Shown: positions 42,405 to 51,770 of the stretch, in pieces
Numbering within the stretch: the stretch's first letter is position 1
Layout of the letters: every line of letters starts with the position of its first letter
From: Candidatus Dormiibacterota bacterium
GTDB lineage: Bacteria > Chloroflexota > Dormibacteria > Dormibacterales > Dormibacteraceae
DNA: 64,000 nt
Reading direction: 5' to 3'
Assembly: GCA_036844615.1 (NCBI GenBank)
Contig: DAIUFK010000001.1
Span: forward strand, 9,694 to 73,693
Made by a program: the position numbers and the translations under genes
Notes under the pieces: model-generated
Databases searched by the model: none
Told to the model about the DNA's origin: nothing
Seen by the model: the letters and a program-made list of their open reading frames with translations, nothing else

Positions 42405-44072
42405 GTGCCGATCGAGCCTGGAACCAAGCTGGGGCAGTACGAGGTCAAAGAGTTCATGGGCGAGGGCGCTATGGGCACGGTCTACCGCGCCTATCACGAG
42501 CAACTCGCTCGTACCGGGGCCGTCAAAGTCATGCACGCGATCTCGCCTGACAAGGACTCGATAGCGCGCTTCCGGCACGAGGCACAGGCAATTGCGCGGA
42601 TGCGCCATCCAAACATCCTCAACGTCTTCGATTTCGGCGAGTACCAGGGGGCGCCATACATGATCGTCGAGTACGTTCCAGGAGGCAATCTGGCCGGACG
42701 AATGAGCCAGGGGCCCCTGGACCGGGCCACCGCGTTGAGGTTCCTCCGCGGCATCGCCGCCGGGCTCGACTACGCACACTCGCAGGGCATCGTCCACCGC
42801 GACGTCAAGCCCGCCAACGTGCTCCTGGAGAAGGACGAGACCCCGGTCCTCGCCGACTTCGGACTGGCCAAAATGCTCCAGGGCTCCTCGTTGAAGTCGC
42901 TGACGGGTGTCACCACTGGCACGCCGGCTTACATGGCGCCAGAGCAGGTGACCGGCCACCAGGTCGGTCCAGCCGCAGATCGCTACTCGTTGGCGACGAT
43001 CGCCTACGAGATGCTCACTGGATCAATTCCATTTGAAGGCTTGGGCGTGCTCGAAGTGATGTACGCGCACGTCCACCTCGATCCAGCACGGCCGAGCTCA
43101 CTGAAGTCGGAGCTGAACGAGAGCGTCGATGCAGTCATCATGCGCGGGCTGGCGAAGGAGCCCGCATCACGGTGGGGCAACTGTGAGGCATTCGTGACCG
43201 CCCTGGCCTTGGCTCTTGGAGCCAAGGCGCCACCCGGAGTCGAGCGAACTGTCGCGTTTTCACCTCCTGTCGCCAGCTTCGAGACCACTGACGCATTCGC
43301 TCCTCCTCCGACAACGGTTCCGAGCCCGGTTTGGCCTCCACCGGCGGAGGCGGCCCTCATCCGAAGGTCGCGTACAAAGCGCTACGTGATCGCCGCGATT
43401 GCGGTCCCGGTGCTCTTAGCCCTGGTCGTCGGAGTTGTCGCCTACTTCTTGGCGGACGCATTCAAGCCAACTCTTTCACTTTCCACCCAGACCGTTCGCG
43501 CCGGCGAGAGCTTGACGGTGAGCGCGAGCCATCTGCCGGCTAACCAGGGCGGCGAGATCCAGCTTCATAGCGTCCTGCAGGCATTCCCATTCACAGCCGA
43601 CACCAACGGCAACGTCAAAGTGGAGATCACAGTGCCGCCGGACAGTGGGGTCGGCGATCACATTGTGCAAATCTGTTGGAACGGCTCCTGCCCCGTCGAG
43701 ACGGTGCTCCAGGTGACCAATGCCCTCCCCTCCCCGATCCCCTCATCAACGCCAAGCGCGTCTCCCGCAACCCGGCCGTCGATCACTCTGTCGACAACCT
43801 CGGCCAGGATAGGTGGGCCGGTGACGATCTCGGGACGGGACTTCGACTCAGGCAAGCTCGCGACGATTGCCATCTACCAGAACGCGAAGCCACACCTCCT
43901 GGTCAGCCCTCCGATCGACGTCCGCTCGAACGGCACTTTTGTCGTCACGGTAACGATTCCATCCGATCTGATCCCGGGCGCTGCCGAGATCGTTGCGTGC
44001 ATCTACAGCGGAATAACCGTCCAGCCAACCTCCAGTCAGTGCACGGCGAAGCCGTTACGCGTGCAGCGGTAG
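42405..44072 (+). CDS. transmembrane Ser/Thr protein kinase with a duplicated extracellular beta-domain
   Basis: GEGAMGTVY, HRDVKPANVLL, DFGLAK and GTPAYMAPE. The TM helix is YVIAAIAVPVLLALVVGVVAYFLA, followed by two ~85-aa repeats, each with a Cys pair. Confidence 0.9.
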   Translation: MPIEPGTKLGQYEVKEFMGEGAMGTVYRAYHEQLARTGAVKVMHAISPDKDSIARFRHEAQAIARMRHPNILNVFDFGEYQGAPYMIVEYVPGGNLAGRMSQGPLDRATALRFLRGIAAGLDYAHSQGIVHRDVKPANVLLEKDETPVLADFGLAKMLQGSSLKSLTGVTTGTPAYMAPEQVTGHQVGPAADRYSLATIAYEMLTGSIPFEGLGVLEVMYAHVHLDPARPSSLKSELNESVDAVIMRGLAKEPASRWGNCEAFVTALALALGAKAPPGVERTVAFSPPVASFETTDAFAPPPTTVPSPVWPPPAEAALIRRSRTKRYVIAAIAVPVLLALVVGVVAYFLADAFKPTLSLSTQTVRAGESLTVSASHLPANQGGEIQLHSVLQAFPFTADTNGNVKVEITVPPDSGVGDHIVQICWNGSCPVETVLQVTNALPSPIPSSTPSASPATRPSITLSTTSARIGGPVTISGRDFDSGKLATIAIYQNAKPHLLVSPPIDVRSNGTFVVTVTIPSDLIPGAAEIVACIYSGITVQPTSSQCTAKPLRVQR

Positions 44073-44076
44073 CCGC

Positions 44077-45360
44077 CTAGAAAACCTCCGCCGCGACGAG
44101 GTCGTCCAGGGTTTCCCTACGCCGCATCACACGCGCCGCGCCATCGCTCACCATCAGCACCTCCGGGCGTGGCATACCGTTGTAGTTGCTTGCCATCGCC
44201 AGGCAATAAGCGCCCGCGGCTGGCACGCAGAGGATGTCGCCGGCCTTCAGCGCAGGCATCTCGATGTCCGTGATGAGGATGTCGGTGGACTCGCAGTACT
44301 TGCCTGCGATGGTCACCTTGCCGTCAGGCGCGCGGTCGGGCGCTGAAGCAAGGACCGCCTCATATCGCGCGCCGTAGAGCTTCGGCCGGATGTTGTCGCC
44401 CATGCCACCGTCGACCGCGACATAGCGGCGCACGCCCGGGATGTCCTTGATCGAGCCGACTGTGTAAAGCGCGACTCCCGCCGGTCCCGCGATCGACCTT
44501 CCAGGCTCGACCACGAGATCAGGAACCTTCAGCCCCCGCGACGAGCAACCCGACTCGAGCGCATGGCGGACCGTCTCGACGAAGTGACGAGGCGTCGGCG
44601 GATCGTCCTGGTGCGTGTACGCGATTCCGAGCCCTCCGCCCGCCCCCAACTTGCGCGGCTCGAACTTCAGCTCATCGCGTAGCTCGACAAGGAGGTCGAG
44701 CATGATCGCCATCGCCTTCTCGTAAGCACCAAGCGCGAATATCTGCGAGCCGATGTGCGAGTGGAGGCCGACAAGCTCGAGGCGCGGGTGGCCGAGCGCT
44801 TCTTCGACTGCCCTTCGCGCGGCGCCGGATTCAATCGAAAAGCCGAACTTCGAATCGAGCTGCCCTGTCGAGATGTGATCGAGCGTGTCGGGCTTGACGC
44901 CAGGCGAGATGCGCAGCATCACCGGCGTCCGCATGCCTTCAGGGACAACGTGACTCAGAAGATCGAACTCGTGGGCGCCATCAATGACGATCACTGCGCC
45001 GGCCTCGTAAGCGGCCTGAAGATCCTCGTGGCTCTTGTTGTTGCCGAGGAAGTGGATGCGGTCCTTCGGAAATCCAGACCTCAGGGCGAGGTCAAGCTCG
45101 CCCGCGGAGACGACGTCCAGGCCCAGGCCCTCGTCGGCGACAACCCTCAGGAACTGGGGTGAGGCGAACGCCTTTGCCGAATAAAGGACCTGGCCGCCGG
45201 AGCCCATGGCCGCGACATACTCGGAGGATCGCTGTCGGACTGTCGCTTCGTCGTAGACGTAAAGCGGGGTCCCGTGCTCCCGTGCCAGCCCGACGAGGTC
45301 ACAGCCGCCCACCTCCATGTGGCCGGCGGCATTGACCCGGTACGTGACCGGGTAAAGCAA
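44077..45360 (-). CDS. lysA: diaminopimelate decarboxylase
   Basis: LYVYDEATVR, YSAKAF, HSHIGSQ, EPGRSI, CESTD and the overall 427-aa layout. Confidence 0.9.
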   Translation of the reverse strand: MLYPVTYRVNAAGHMEVGGCDLVGLAREHGTPLYVYDEATVRQRSSEYVAAMGSGGQVLYSAKAFASPQFLRVVADEGLGLDVVSAGELDLALRSGFPKDRIHFLGNNKSHEDLQAAYEAGAVIVIDGAHEFDLLSHVVPEGMRTPVMLRISPGVKPDTLDHISTGQLDSKFGFSIESGAARRAVEEALGHPRLELVGLHSHIGSQIFALGAYEKAMAIMLDLLVELRDELKFEPRKLGAGGGLGIAYTHQDDPPTPRHFVETVRHALESGCSSRGLKVPDLVVEPGRSIAGPAGVALYTVGSIKDIPGVRRYVAVDGGMGDNIRPKLYGARYEAVLASAPDRAPDGKVTIAGKYCESTDILITDIEMPALKAGDILCVPAAGAYCLAMASNYNGMPRPEVLMVSDGAARVMRRRETLDDLVAAEVF

Positions 45361-45369
45361 GCTAGGGCT

Positions 45370-45615
45370 CTAGTTCGGGCCGGAGCCGCAGGAGCCGCAC
45401 GAGCCTCCGCAGCAGCCGCCGGCGCTCTCTCCGCCCCCGAAGTCGAGAGACGAAGACGAATCGTCGGCGCCCGCGAAGGCGAAGCTCGACACCAGGACGC
45501 GGGTCTTCGTCGACTCGCATGCCGGGCACATCTGCGCCTGGTCGCGCTCCGCGAACCTTGTCAGAAGGTCGAACTTCTCAGAGCAGCTCTCGCACCGATA
45601 CTCATAGATGGGCAT
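45370..45615 (-). CDS. FmdB-family zinc-ribbon protein
   Basis: MPIYEYRCESCSEKFD...CPACES, then a Gly/Cys/Ser tail. The 250-aa track ORF is an overextension. Confidence 0.8.
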   Translation of the reverse strand: MPIYEYRCESCSEKFDLLTRFAERDQAQMCPACESTKTRVLVSSFAFAGADDSSSSLDFGGGESAGGCCGGSCGSCGSGPN

Positions 45616-45618
45616 CTC

Positions 45619-46239
45619 GTGAACGATTCTAAGCTGGATCAGCTCGCAAAAATGATCTCGGAGTGGCCGGGCCTCGTGGCCCGCCCCGACCGGGCGCTGA
45701 TCGAAGACTGCCTGGTCCTCGTCGAGCACCTCGGGGTCGCCAGGACCGTCGTTGACGTCGGCTCGGGCGGCGGCCTGCCGGGCATCCCCCTCAAGATCGC
45801 CAGGCCCGACCTCGAGATGACCTTGATCGAGGCTGACCAGGCCAAGGCCGCCTTCCTCGTCCACGCATGCGCCGAGCTCGGCCTGCAAGGGGTCGCGGTC
45901 GTGGCCACGCGAGCAGAGGAGGCTGGACACGATCCACGTTTTCGAGAGGCATTTGACGTGGCAGTGGCCCGGGCGCTGGCACCTATGCCCGTCCTGGCGG
46001 AGCTCTGCCTTGGCCTCGTGAGGGTCGGCGGCAGGCTCCTGGCACAGAAGACGGAGAGCGAGGACCTCGACGCGGCACGCAATGCCGTGGAGGTCATGGG
46101 CGGAGCCCTCGACAGCGTCCACGCCTCACCGTCGGCGGCGCGAAGGGGCGGCACGGTCGTCGTGATTAACAAGGTCGGCCCGACTCCGGCCGGCTACCCC
46201 AGGCGGCCGGGCGTGCCAAGCCGCAAACCCCTCCAATAG
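45619..46239 (+). CDS. rsmG: 16S rRNA (guanine527-N7)-methyltransferase RsmG
   Basis: VVDVGSGGGLPGIPLKIARPDLEMTLIEADQAKAAFL and VVATRAEE. Start is GTG at 45619 or ATG at 45652. Confidence 0.8.
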   Translation: MNDSKLDQLAKMISEWPGLVARPDRALIEDCLVLVEHLGVARTVVDVGSGGGLPGIPLKIARPDLEMTLIEADQAKAAFLVHACAELGLQGVAVVATRAEEAGHDPRFREAFDVAVARALAPMPVLAELCLGLVRVGGRLLAQKTESEDLDAARNAVEVMGGALDSVHASPSAARRGGTVVVINKVGPTPAGYPRRPGVPSRKPLQ

Positions 46240-46242
46240 AAA

Positions 46243-46269
46243 ACGGCGCGGGCCCAACACCCGCGCCGT
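46243..46269. terminator. bidirectional stem-loop between convergent rsmG and pstS
   Basis: ACGGCGCGGG-cccaaca-CCCGCGCCGT is a perfect 10-bp stem. The A run on its 5' side supplies a U tail for the minus-strand pstS transcript. Confidence 0.55.
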
Positions 46270-46290
46270 CGAATCGCTGTGGTTGGTTGC

Positions 46291-47367
46291 CTAGCTCAGG
46301 ACGGCAGTCCCTCCAGCCTTGATCAGTTTGAGGTTCGTGAGTGCGAGGTTCTGCACTGGCGTGGGCAGCGGCGCGTACTGAAGGCTGGTGCCGACGGTCT
46401 GTCCATCGGTGACCAGCCACTTGAAGAGGTACGCGATCGCCTTGCCCTGGTTGGCATCGGTGTACGAGGTGTGAAGGATGATCCAGCTGAATCCGGCAAT
46501 CGGATAGGTGGTGTCGCCTGGCTCGTCGGTGATTGAGAAGTTGGTCGGGCTGACGCTGGTGTTCTGGGCCGCTGCAGCGGTCGCGCCGTCCACGCTTGCC
46601 TGCACGAACTTTCCGTTCTTGTTCTTCAGGTAAGCCTGGGTCATGTTGGCGGACACGACAAACGCGAGCTCGACGTAGCCGATCGCGCCTGCAGTCGACT
46701 GCACAGCCTGCGCCACGCCCTGGTTGCCGCTGCCGCCGATTCCGGCAGGCCAGCTGACAGCCTTGGCAACGCCCACCTTCGTCTTCCACTCGTCCGACAC
46801 CTTGCCGAGGTAATCGGTGAAGTGATAGGAGGTGCCGCTCGAGTCGGATCGATGAACGACCTGGATTTCGGTGTTCGGCAGGTTGACGCCTGCGTTCAGC
46901 GCCGCCAGCGCAGGGTCGTTCCACTTCTTGATGTGGCCGAGGTAGATATTGGCCAGTGTCGGACCGTCCAGCTGCAGCTTGCCGACGCCCGAAAGGTTGT
47001 ATGCGATCGCGATGACGCCAAGCGTTGCCGGGATCTGCGTGAGGCTGTCAGCGCCGCCCGCCGAGGTGATGTCCGCCGATCCCATCGGCACATCGCTCGC
47101 ACCGAACTCGACCGTTCCCTTGATGAACTGCTGGATACCGGCGCCGGAACCGACCGATTGGTAGTTCACGGTGACCGACGGATACTGCTGCGAATACGTA
47201 TAGAAGGCCTTCGTATAGAACGGTGCAGGGAAAGTAGCCCCGGCGCCGGTCAGCGCCCCGCTGCCGACGGCCGACGAGGCGGGTGTTGTGCTACCACACG
47301 CGGTAGCGAAGACGGCGCCTGCCAACCCGACAAGCAACGTTCGACCCAAAGGTCTCACTGAAAACAT
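46291..47367 (-). CDS. pstS: phosphate ABC transporter substrate-binding lipoprotein PstS
   Basis: Lipobox VFATACGS, then GAGATFPAPFY and YQSVGSGAGIQQF. AGGAGG lies upstream of the ATG. Confidence 0.9.
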   Translation of the reverse strand: MFSVRPLGRTLLVGLAGAVFATACGSTTPASSAVGSGALTGAGATFPAPFYTKAFYTYSQQYPSVTVNYQSVGSGAGIQQFIKGTVEFGASDVPMGSADITSAGGADSLTQIPATLGVIAIAYNLSGVGKLQLDGPTLANIYLGHIKKWNDPALAALNAGVNLPNTEIQVVHRSDSSGTSYHFTDYLGKVSDEWKTKVGVAKAVSWPAGIGGSGNQGVAQAVQSTAGAIGYVELAFVVSANMTQAYLKNKNGKFVQASVDGATAAAAQNTSVSPTNFSITDEPGDTTYPIAGFSWIILHTSYTDANQGKAIAYLFKWLVTDGQTVGTSLQYAPLPTPVQNLALTNLKLIKAGGTAVLS

Positions 47368-47423
47368 CGAACCCCTCCTGATTGATCCAACTGGATGACC
47401 AGCTTCACGTTATGGATCGCCAA

Positions 47424-47456
47424 TTAAGTGGGGGTTAACCGCGCCTTAAGCGTCAG
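47424..47456. promoter_or_regulatory. candidate PHO box: three TTAA cores phased at exactly 11 bp
   Basis: TTAAGTGGGGG / TTAACCGCGCC / TTAAGCGTCAG, with TTAA at 47424, 47435 and 47446. The site is 57-82 bp upstream of the pstS ATG, in the divergent pstS/kinase region. Confidence 0.35.
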
Positions 47457-48511
47457 TGCCGTCGAACCGCTCATATACTCCGGCGGTGATCTGGGACCGC
47501 AGGCGTCGCGTCGACGATGTCAAACCTGCGGCGCCACCTGTGAACTCGTTCGCGGAAATTCTCGAGGACGCTCCTGTCATGGCTTTGCTGATCCATGAAG
47601 GCCGCGGCGTGGTCGCCGCCAACGACGCTGCGCGCGAATTCTTTGACATCGATCCGTCGCGCCTGCCGGCGAGCCTTGTCGAGGTGACGCTCGAAGGTCG
47701 CCTGGTTGAGGTGCTGGCCGCTGGAGAGCCGCACGTCGAGGCTCAGCTGGTCCACCATCGACGCGTCGTTCGATGCTCGCTGGTCGCAGGGCCAGGGCGA
47801 GGCCAGACCCTCATGTTCCTCACCGATATCACCGAGCTGCGCCACCTGGCGACCGTGCGTCAGGAGTTCGTCGCCAACCTGGTGCATGAGCTGAAGACAC
47901 CACTTACATCCATGCGTCTGGCCGCCGAAAGCCTGATGGGTGATCCGCCGGCGACCAATCGCAAGCGTTTCGCGGAGAGAGTGGTCAAAGAGGCCGACCT
48001 CCTTACGAAGATCATCGACAACCTCCGCCACCTTGGTGACATCGAAGCCAAGTCGTTGGCCCTCGAAACCACGTCTTTCGATCTCGGCGAGCTGGTGCGT
48101 GAGAGCGTGACGCGGCTCAGCATTGACAGGCCGGTGAATGCGGACATTCCGGCGCCCCTGACCATCACGACCGACCGGCCGAAGCTCGTACAGGCGATCG
48201 ACAACCTGCTCGACAACGCGGCGAAGTTCTCGCCCCCGGGCACGCCCATTGACGTGCATGCCGAAACCGCGGGCGACGAAGTTCGGATCAGCGTTCGCGA
48301 CCACGGCCCGGGCATCTCGCCCGAGCACTGGAGCCGAATTTTCGAGCGCTTCTACAAGGTGGATCGCGCGCGGCCGCGCGAGGCTGGCGGATTCGGTCTC
48401 GGCCTGGCGATCACCAAGCACCTCGTGCAGGTGCTCGGCGGACGGATCTGGACCGAGGCTGCGCGCGACGGTGGCCAGGTGTTCACCATCGCCATTCCAA
48501 GAGAGTCTTAA
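47456..48511 (+). CDS. soluble PAS-domain sensor histidine kinase (PhoR/SenX3-like)
   Basis: H-box FVANLVHELKTPL, N-box LLDNAAKFS, G-boxes DHGPGI and GGFGLGLAI. No hydrophobic segment is present. The true start may be the GTG near 47540. Confidence 0.85.
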   Translation: MPSNRSYTPAVIWDRRRRVDDVKPAAPPVNSFAEILEDAPVMALLIHEGRGVVAANDAAREFFDIDPSRLPASLVEVTLEGRLVEVLAAGEPHVEAQLVHHRRVVRCSLVAGPGRGQTLMFLTDITELRHLATVRQEFVANLVHELKTPLTSMRLAAESLMGDPPATNRKRFAERVVKEADLLTKIIDNLRHLGDIEAKSLALETTSFDLGELVRESVTRLSIDRPVNADIPAPLTITTDRPKLVQAIDNLLDNAAKFSPPGTPIDVHAETAGDEVRISVRDHGPGISPEHWSRIFERFYKVDRARPREAGGFGLGLAITKHLVQVLGGRIWTEAARDGGQVFTIAIPRES

Positions 48512-48540
48512 CGAGCACATAAACGGCCCTTAACCCGGCC
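48508..48540. promoter_or_regulatory. second candidate PHO box upstream of pstB
   Basis: TTAACGAGCAC / ATAAACGGCCC / TTAACCCGGCC, with cores at 48508, 48519 and 48530 (11-bp phasing). It overlaps the kinase stop codon and ends about 20 bp before the pstB start. Confidence 0.3.
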
Positions 48541-48560
48541 GTGAATATCCTTGGGTTGGG

Positions 48561-49403
48561 GTGGCTGACTACAAGCCCATGATTCAAACCATGGCCCAGA
48601 TCGGCAGGCCGGATCTCAGACGTGTGCCCGGCGCGGCCCCAGCCAAGTTCATTGTCGACGCCCTTTCCTTCTTCTACGGCAAGACGCAGGCGCTCAAGGA
48701 CGTCACCTTTGAGATCCCTGAAAACCGCATTACTGCGATCATCGGACCCTCGGGCTGCGGCAAAACCACCTTGCTCCGGGTCTTCAACCGCATGTACGAC
48801 CTGGTTCCGAACGCTCGAGCGCAGGGTTCTGTCGTCCTCGACGGCGAGGACATCCTCAAGACGACCAAGCTGCTCCTGCTGCGCCAGAAGGTGGGCATGG
48901 TGTTTCAGCGCCCTAGCCCGTTCCCCATGTCGATTCGGGACAACGTCGCTTTCGCGCCGCGGCTGCTCGGGTGGAGCTCGACCAGGATCACGGAAACAGT
49001 CCGCCGCAGCCTGGAGAGCGCGGCGCTCTGGGACGAAGTGTCGGACCGGCTCGACGCGCCGGCCACCTCACTGTCGGGCGGCCAGCAGCAGCGGCTTGTC
49101 ATCGCACGATGCCTCGCGGTGAGCCCCGAGGTGATCCTGATGGACGAGCCCTGCTCCGCCCTCGACCCCGTGGCAACGCTGAAGATCGAGGACCTCATGG
49201 TGCAGCTCGCCCGTGACTACACGATAGTCATCGTCACCCACAACATGCAGCAAGCGGCACGCGTGTCCGATTTCACTGCCTTCATGCTCATGAACTCCGA
49301 CCACCGCTATGGCGAGTTGATCGAGTTCGCCGCGACGGCTGACCTGTTCAACCAGCCCCACGACAGCCGGACAGAGGCCTACATCACCGGACGCTTCGGG
49401 TAG
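48561..49403 (+). CDS. pstB: phosphate ABC transporter ATP-binding protein PstB
   Basis: [30 protein letters not shown] and the C-terminal [10 protein letters not shown]. Confidence 0.9.
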   Translation: MADYKPMIQTMAQIGRPDLRRVPGAAPAKFIVDALSFFYGKTQALKDVTFEIPENRITAIIGPSGCGKTTLLRVFNRMYDLVPNARAQGSVVLDGEDILKTTKLLLLRQKVGMVFQRPSPFPMSIRDNVAFAPRLLGWSSTRITETVRRSLESAALWDEVSDRLDAPATSLSGGQQQRLVIARCLAVSPEVILMDEPCSALDPVATLKIEDLMVQLARDYTIVIVTHNMQQAARVSDFTAFMLMNSDHRYGELIEFAATADLFNQPHDSRTEAYITGRFG

Positions 49404-49410
49404 CGATCGC

Positions 49411-50073
49411 ATGCCTCGACTGACTTTCGAGAAGGAGCTGGCGAGCCTGCGCGAGTCCGTGGTTCGAATGGGAACGCTTGTCGAATCGCAGATCGAATCC
49501 GCCCTCGATGCTCTCCGGAGGCGCGACGGGAGCGCTGCCGAGAAGGTTCGCACCCAGGACCGTTACCTCAATGAGCTCTTGAAGCAGATACGCGAGCAGG
49601 TCTTCATGGTCATCTCGACACAGCAGCCGGTGGCTCGCGACCTCCGCCATCTCATGGGCATCCAGTACATCGCCACTGAGCTCGAGCGAATGGGCGATTA
49701 CGCGGTCCGGATCTCCCGAATGACGGGTACCCTGGTCGGCCTTCCTGACCAGCCGCTACGCGCCGAGTTCGGAATCATGGGCGAGCTCGCGATCGGACAG
49801 GTGCACGACATCCTCGAAGCGCTCATCGAGGAGAACGAGCTCCACGCTCGCGAGGTCGCCGGTCGGGACAACGAGATCGACCGCCTGTACCACAGGGTTT
49901 TCGAGGAACTGGTGGCCGAGATGGGCAACGGCAAGACCGACTCCGACGGCGCTCTGCGCTGCGTCACCCTGCTGCTGGTGGCACACAACCTGGAACGCAT
50001 TGCGGATCGCGTCACCAACGTCGCCGAGGACATCGTCTTTCTCGAAACGGGCCAGGTCGTCGAGCTGGGATGA
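49411..50073 (+). CDS. phoU: phosphate signalling complex protein PhoU
   Basis: Duplicated helical repeats with ELERMGDYA and NLERIADR motifs. Confidence 0.9.
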   Translation: MPRLTFEKELASLRESVVRMGTLVESQIESALDALRRRDGSAAEKVRTQDRYLNELLKQIREQVFMVISTQQPVARDLRHLMGIQYIATELERMGDYAVRISRMTGTLVGLPDQPLRAEFGIMGELAIGQVHDILEALIEENELHAREVAGRDNEIDRLYHRVFEELVAEMGNGKTDSDGALRCVTLLLVAHNLERIADRVTNVAEDIVFLETGQVVELG

Positions 50074-50819
50074 GCCGCGGAATCCACGAAGGTACGTCGG
50101 GGCGCGTGCTGGTCGTTGAAGACGACGAGGGGATCCGCGAAATGCTCAAGTACAACCTGGTCACTGCAGGCTTCTCCGTCCAGGAAGCAAGCGACGGCGC
50201 CTCGGGACTTCGCACAGCACGGACCTCACGGCCCGACCTGATCCTCCTCGACCTGATGCTGCCGGGCATGAGTGGCTTCGACTTTTGTCGGGCGCTTCGC
50301 AAGAGCAGCCGGGTGCCCGTCATCATGATCACGGCCAAAGACGCGGAGGTCGACAAGATCGTAGGCCTCGAGCTTGGCGCCGACGACTACATCACCAAGC
50401 CTTTCTCGATCCGCGAAGTGCTCGCGCGCGTCAATGCTGTTCTCAGGCGCGCGCAGCCCGAGGCCAACGAGCCCAGATCAACACCCGAGCACGATGCCAT
50501 CGGCACGTTCAGCATCGACCGCGCCGCGAGGCGCGTGATGCTGGGTGCGGCGGAGATCAAGCTCACGGCTCGCGAGTTCGATCTCCTTTCCTATCTGCTG
50601 GCACATCCGGGCAGGGTGCATACCCGAGACACCCTGCTCGAGAACGTATGGGGCCATGAATTCAATGGCGATCGCAAGACTGTTGACGTCCACATTCGCT
50701 GGCTGCGCGAGAAGTTCGAGACGAGGGCGCCTTTCGAGATCGTCACTGTCCGCGGCATCGGCTACCGCATGGATCGCCTGGCTCCCGCCGAATCGACCTC
50801 CGCACCTGCAGGGACGTAG
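50070..50819 (+). CDS. OmpR/PhoB-family response regulator (PhoP/RegX3-like)
   Basis: VLVVEDDEGIRE, DLILLDLMLPGMSG (canonical Asp), ITKPF and a winged-helix C-terminus RGIGYRM. Confidence 0.9.
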   Translation: MSRGIHEGTSGRVLVVEDDEGIREMLKYNLVTAGFSVQEASDGASGLRTARTSRPDLILLDLMLPGMSGFDFCRALRKSSRVPVIMITAKDAEVDKIVGLELGADDYITKPFSIREVLARVNAVLRRAQPEANEPRSTPEHDAIGTFSIDRAARRVMLGAAEIKLTAREFDLLSYLLAHPGRVHTRDTLLENVWGHEFNGDRKTVDVHIRWLREKFETRAPFEIVTVRGIGYRMDRLAPAESTSAPAGT

Positions 50820-50822
50820 ACC

Positions 50823-51770
50823 GTGGGCGCCGTAACGGAGTCCAAGCTCACGGTGCCTGCCGTGCTGAGGTCACCCGACAGATACCGCGCCTTCACCGCA
50901 TTTGTGAGCTGCGCGGCGCCCGCCTCCCTGATCGTGATAGTGCTCACCCTTCTCCAACAGGGGGCGCCGGCCATCAGCAGGTACGGGCTCGCATTCCTGG
51001 TGCGATCGACCTGGAATCCCGTCACGCTCGACTTCGGGGCGCTTCCTTACATCTACGGAACCGTCCTCACCAGCGCCATCGCCATCGTCATCGCGCTTCC
51101 CGTCGGCCTGGCGGTCTCCCTGTTCCTCGCCGAGCCGGGCGCGAGGGGAATCCGTGGAGCGATTGGAACTGGCATCGAGCTCCTTGCCGCCATTCCAAGC
51201 GTCGTCTACGGGATATGGGCCCTTTACGTCCTTGCCCCATTCTCCCTTCAAAACCTCGAAGGCCCGATCACCCTGCACTTCGGATTCATCGGATTCCTGT
51301 CCGGTCCCCCGCGGCAGACGAGCCTCTTCACAGCCTCGTTGGTGCTGTCGATCATGGTCCTGCCCACCCTCTCGGCAGTCTCCCGCGATGTGATCCGGGC
51401 GGTGCCACGCGGGCTCCGCGAGTCGGCTGTCGCGCTGGGCGCCACCTGGTGGGAGACGACGTGGCGCGTGGTGCTGCCCACGGCGCGCGCCGGAATCTTC
51501 GGCGCGACTGTGCTCGGGCTCGGCCGCGCGCTGGGCGAGACCATCGCGGTGACGATGGTGATCGGCAACCGGGACGAGATCCCGCCTTCAATCTTCTCGC
51601 CTGGCTACACCCTCGCTAGCAAGATCGCCAACGAGTTTTCTGAGGCCACCGGAAGCCTTTACCCATCAGCGCTCATCGAGCTCGGCCTGGTGCTGATCCT
51701 CGTCACTCTGACTGTCAACCTCGCCGCCCTGCTGCTGGTTCGGTCGGCACAGGCTCGGATCGCGGCATGA
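50823..51770 (+). CDS. pstC: phosphate ABC transporter permease PstC
   Basis: Polytopic protein with the EAA-type loop ESAVALGATWWETTWRVVLP. GTG start. Confidence 0.9.
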   Translation: MGAVTESKLTVPAVLRSPDRYRAFTAFVSCAAPASLIVIVLTLLQQGAPAISRYGLAFLVRSTWNPVTLDFGALPYIYGTVLTSAIAIVIALPVGLAVSLFLAEPGARGIRGAIGTGIELLAAIPSVVYGIWALYVLAPFSLQNLEGPITLHFGFIGFLSGPPRQTSLFTASLVLSIMVLPTLSAVSRDVIRAVPRGLRESAVALGATWWETTWRVVLPTARAGIFGATVLGLGRALGETIAVTMVIGNRDEIPPSIFSPGYTLASKIANEFSEATGSLYPSALIELGLVLILVTLTVNLAALLLVRSAQARIAA

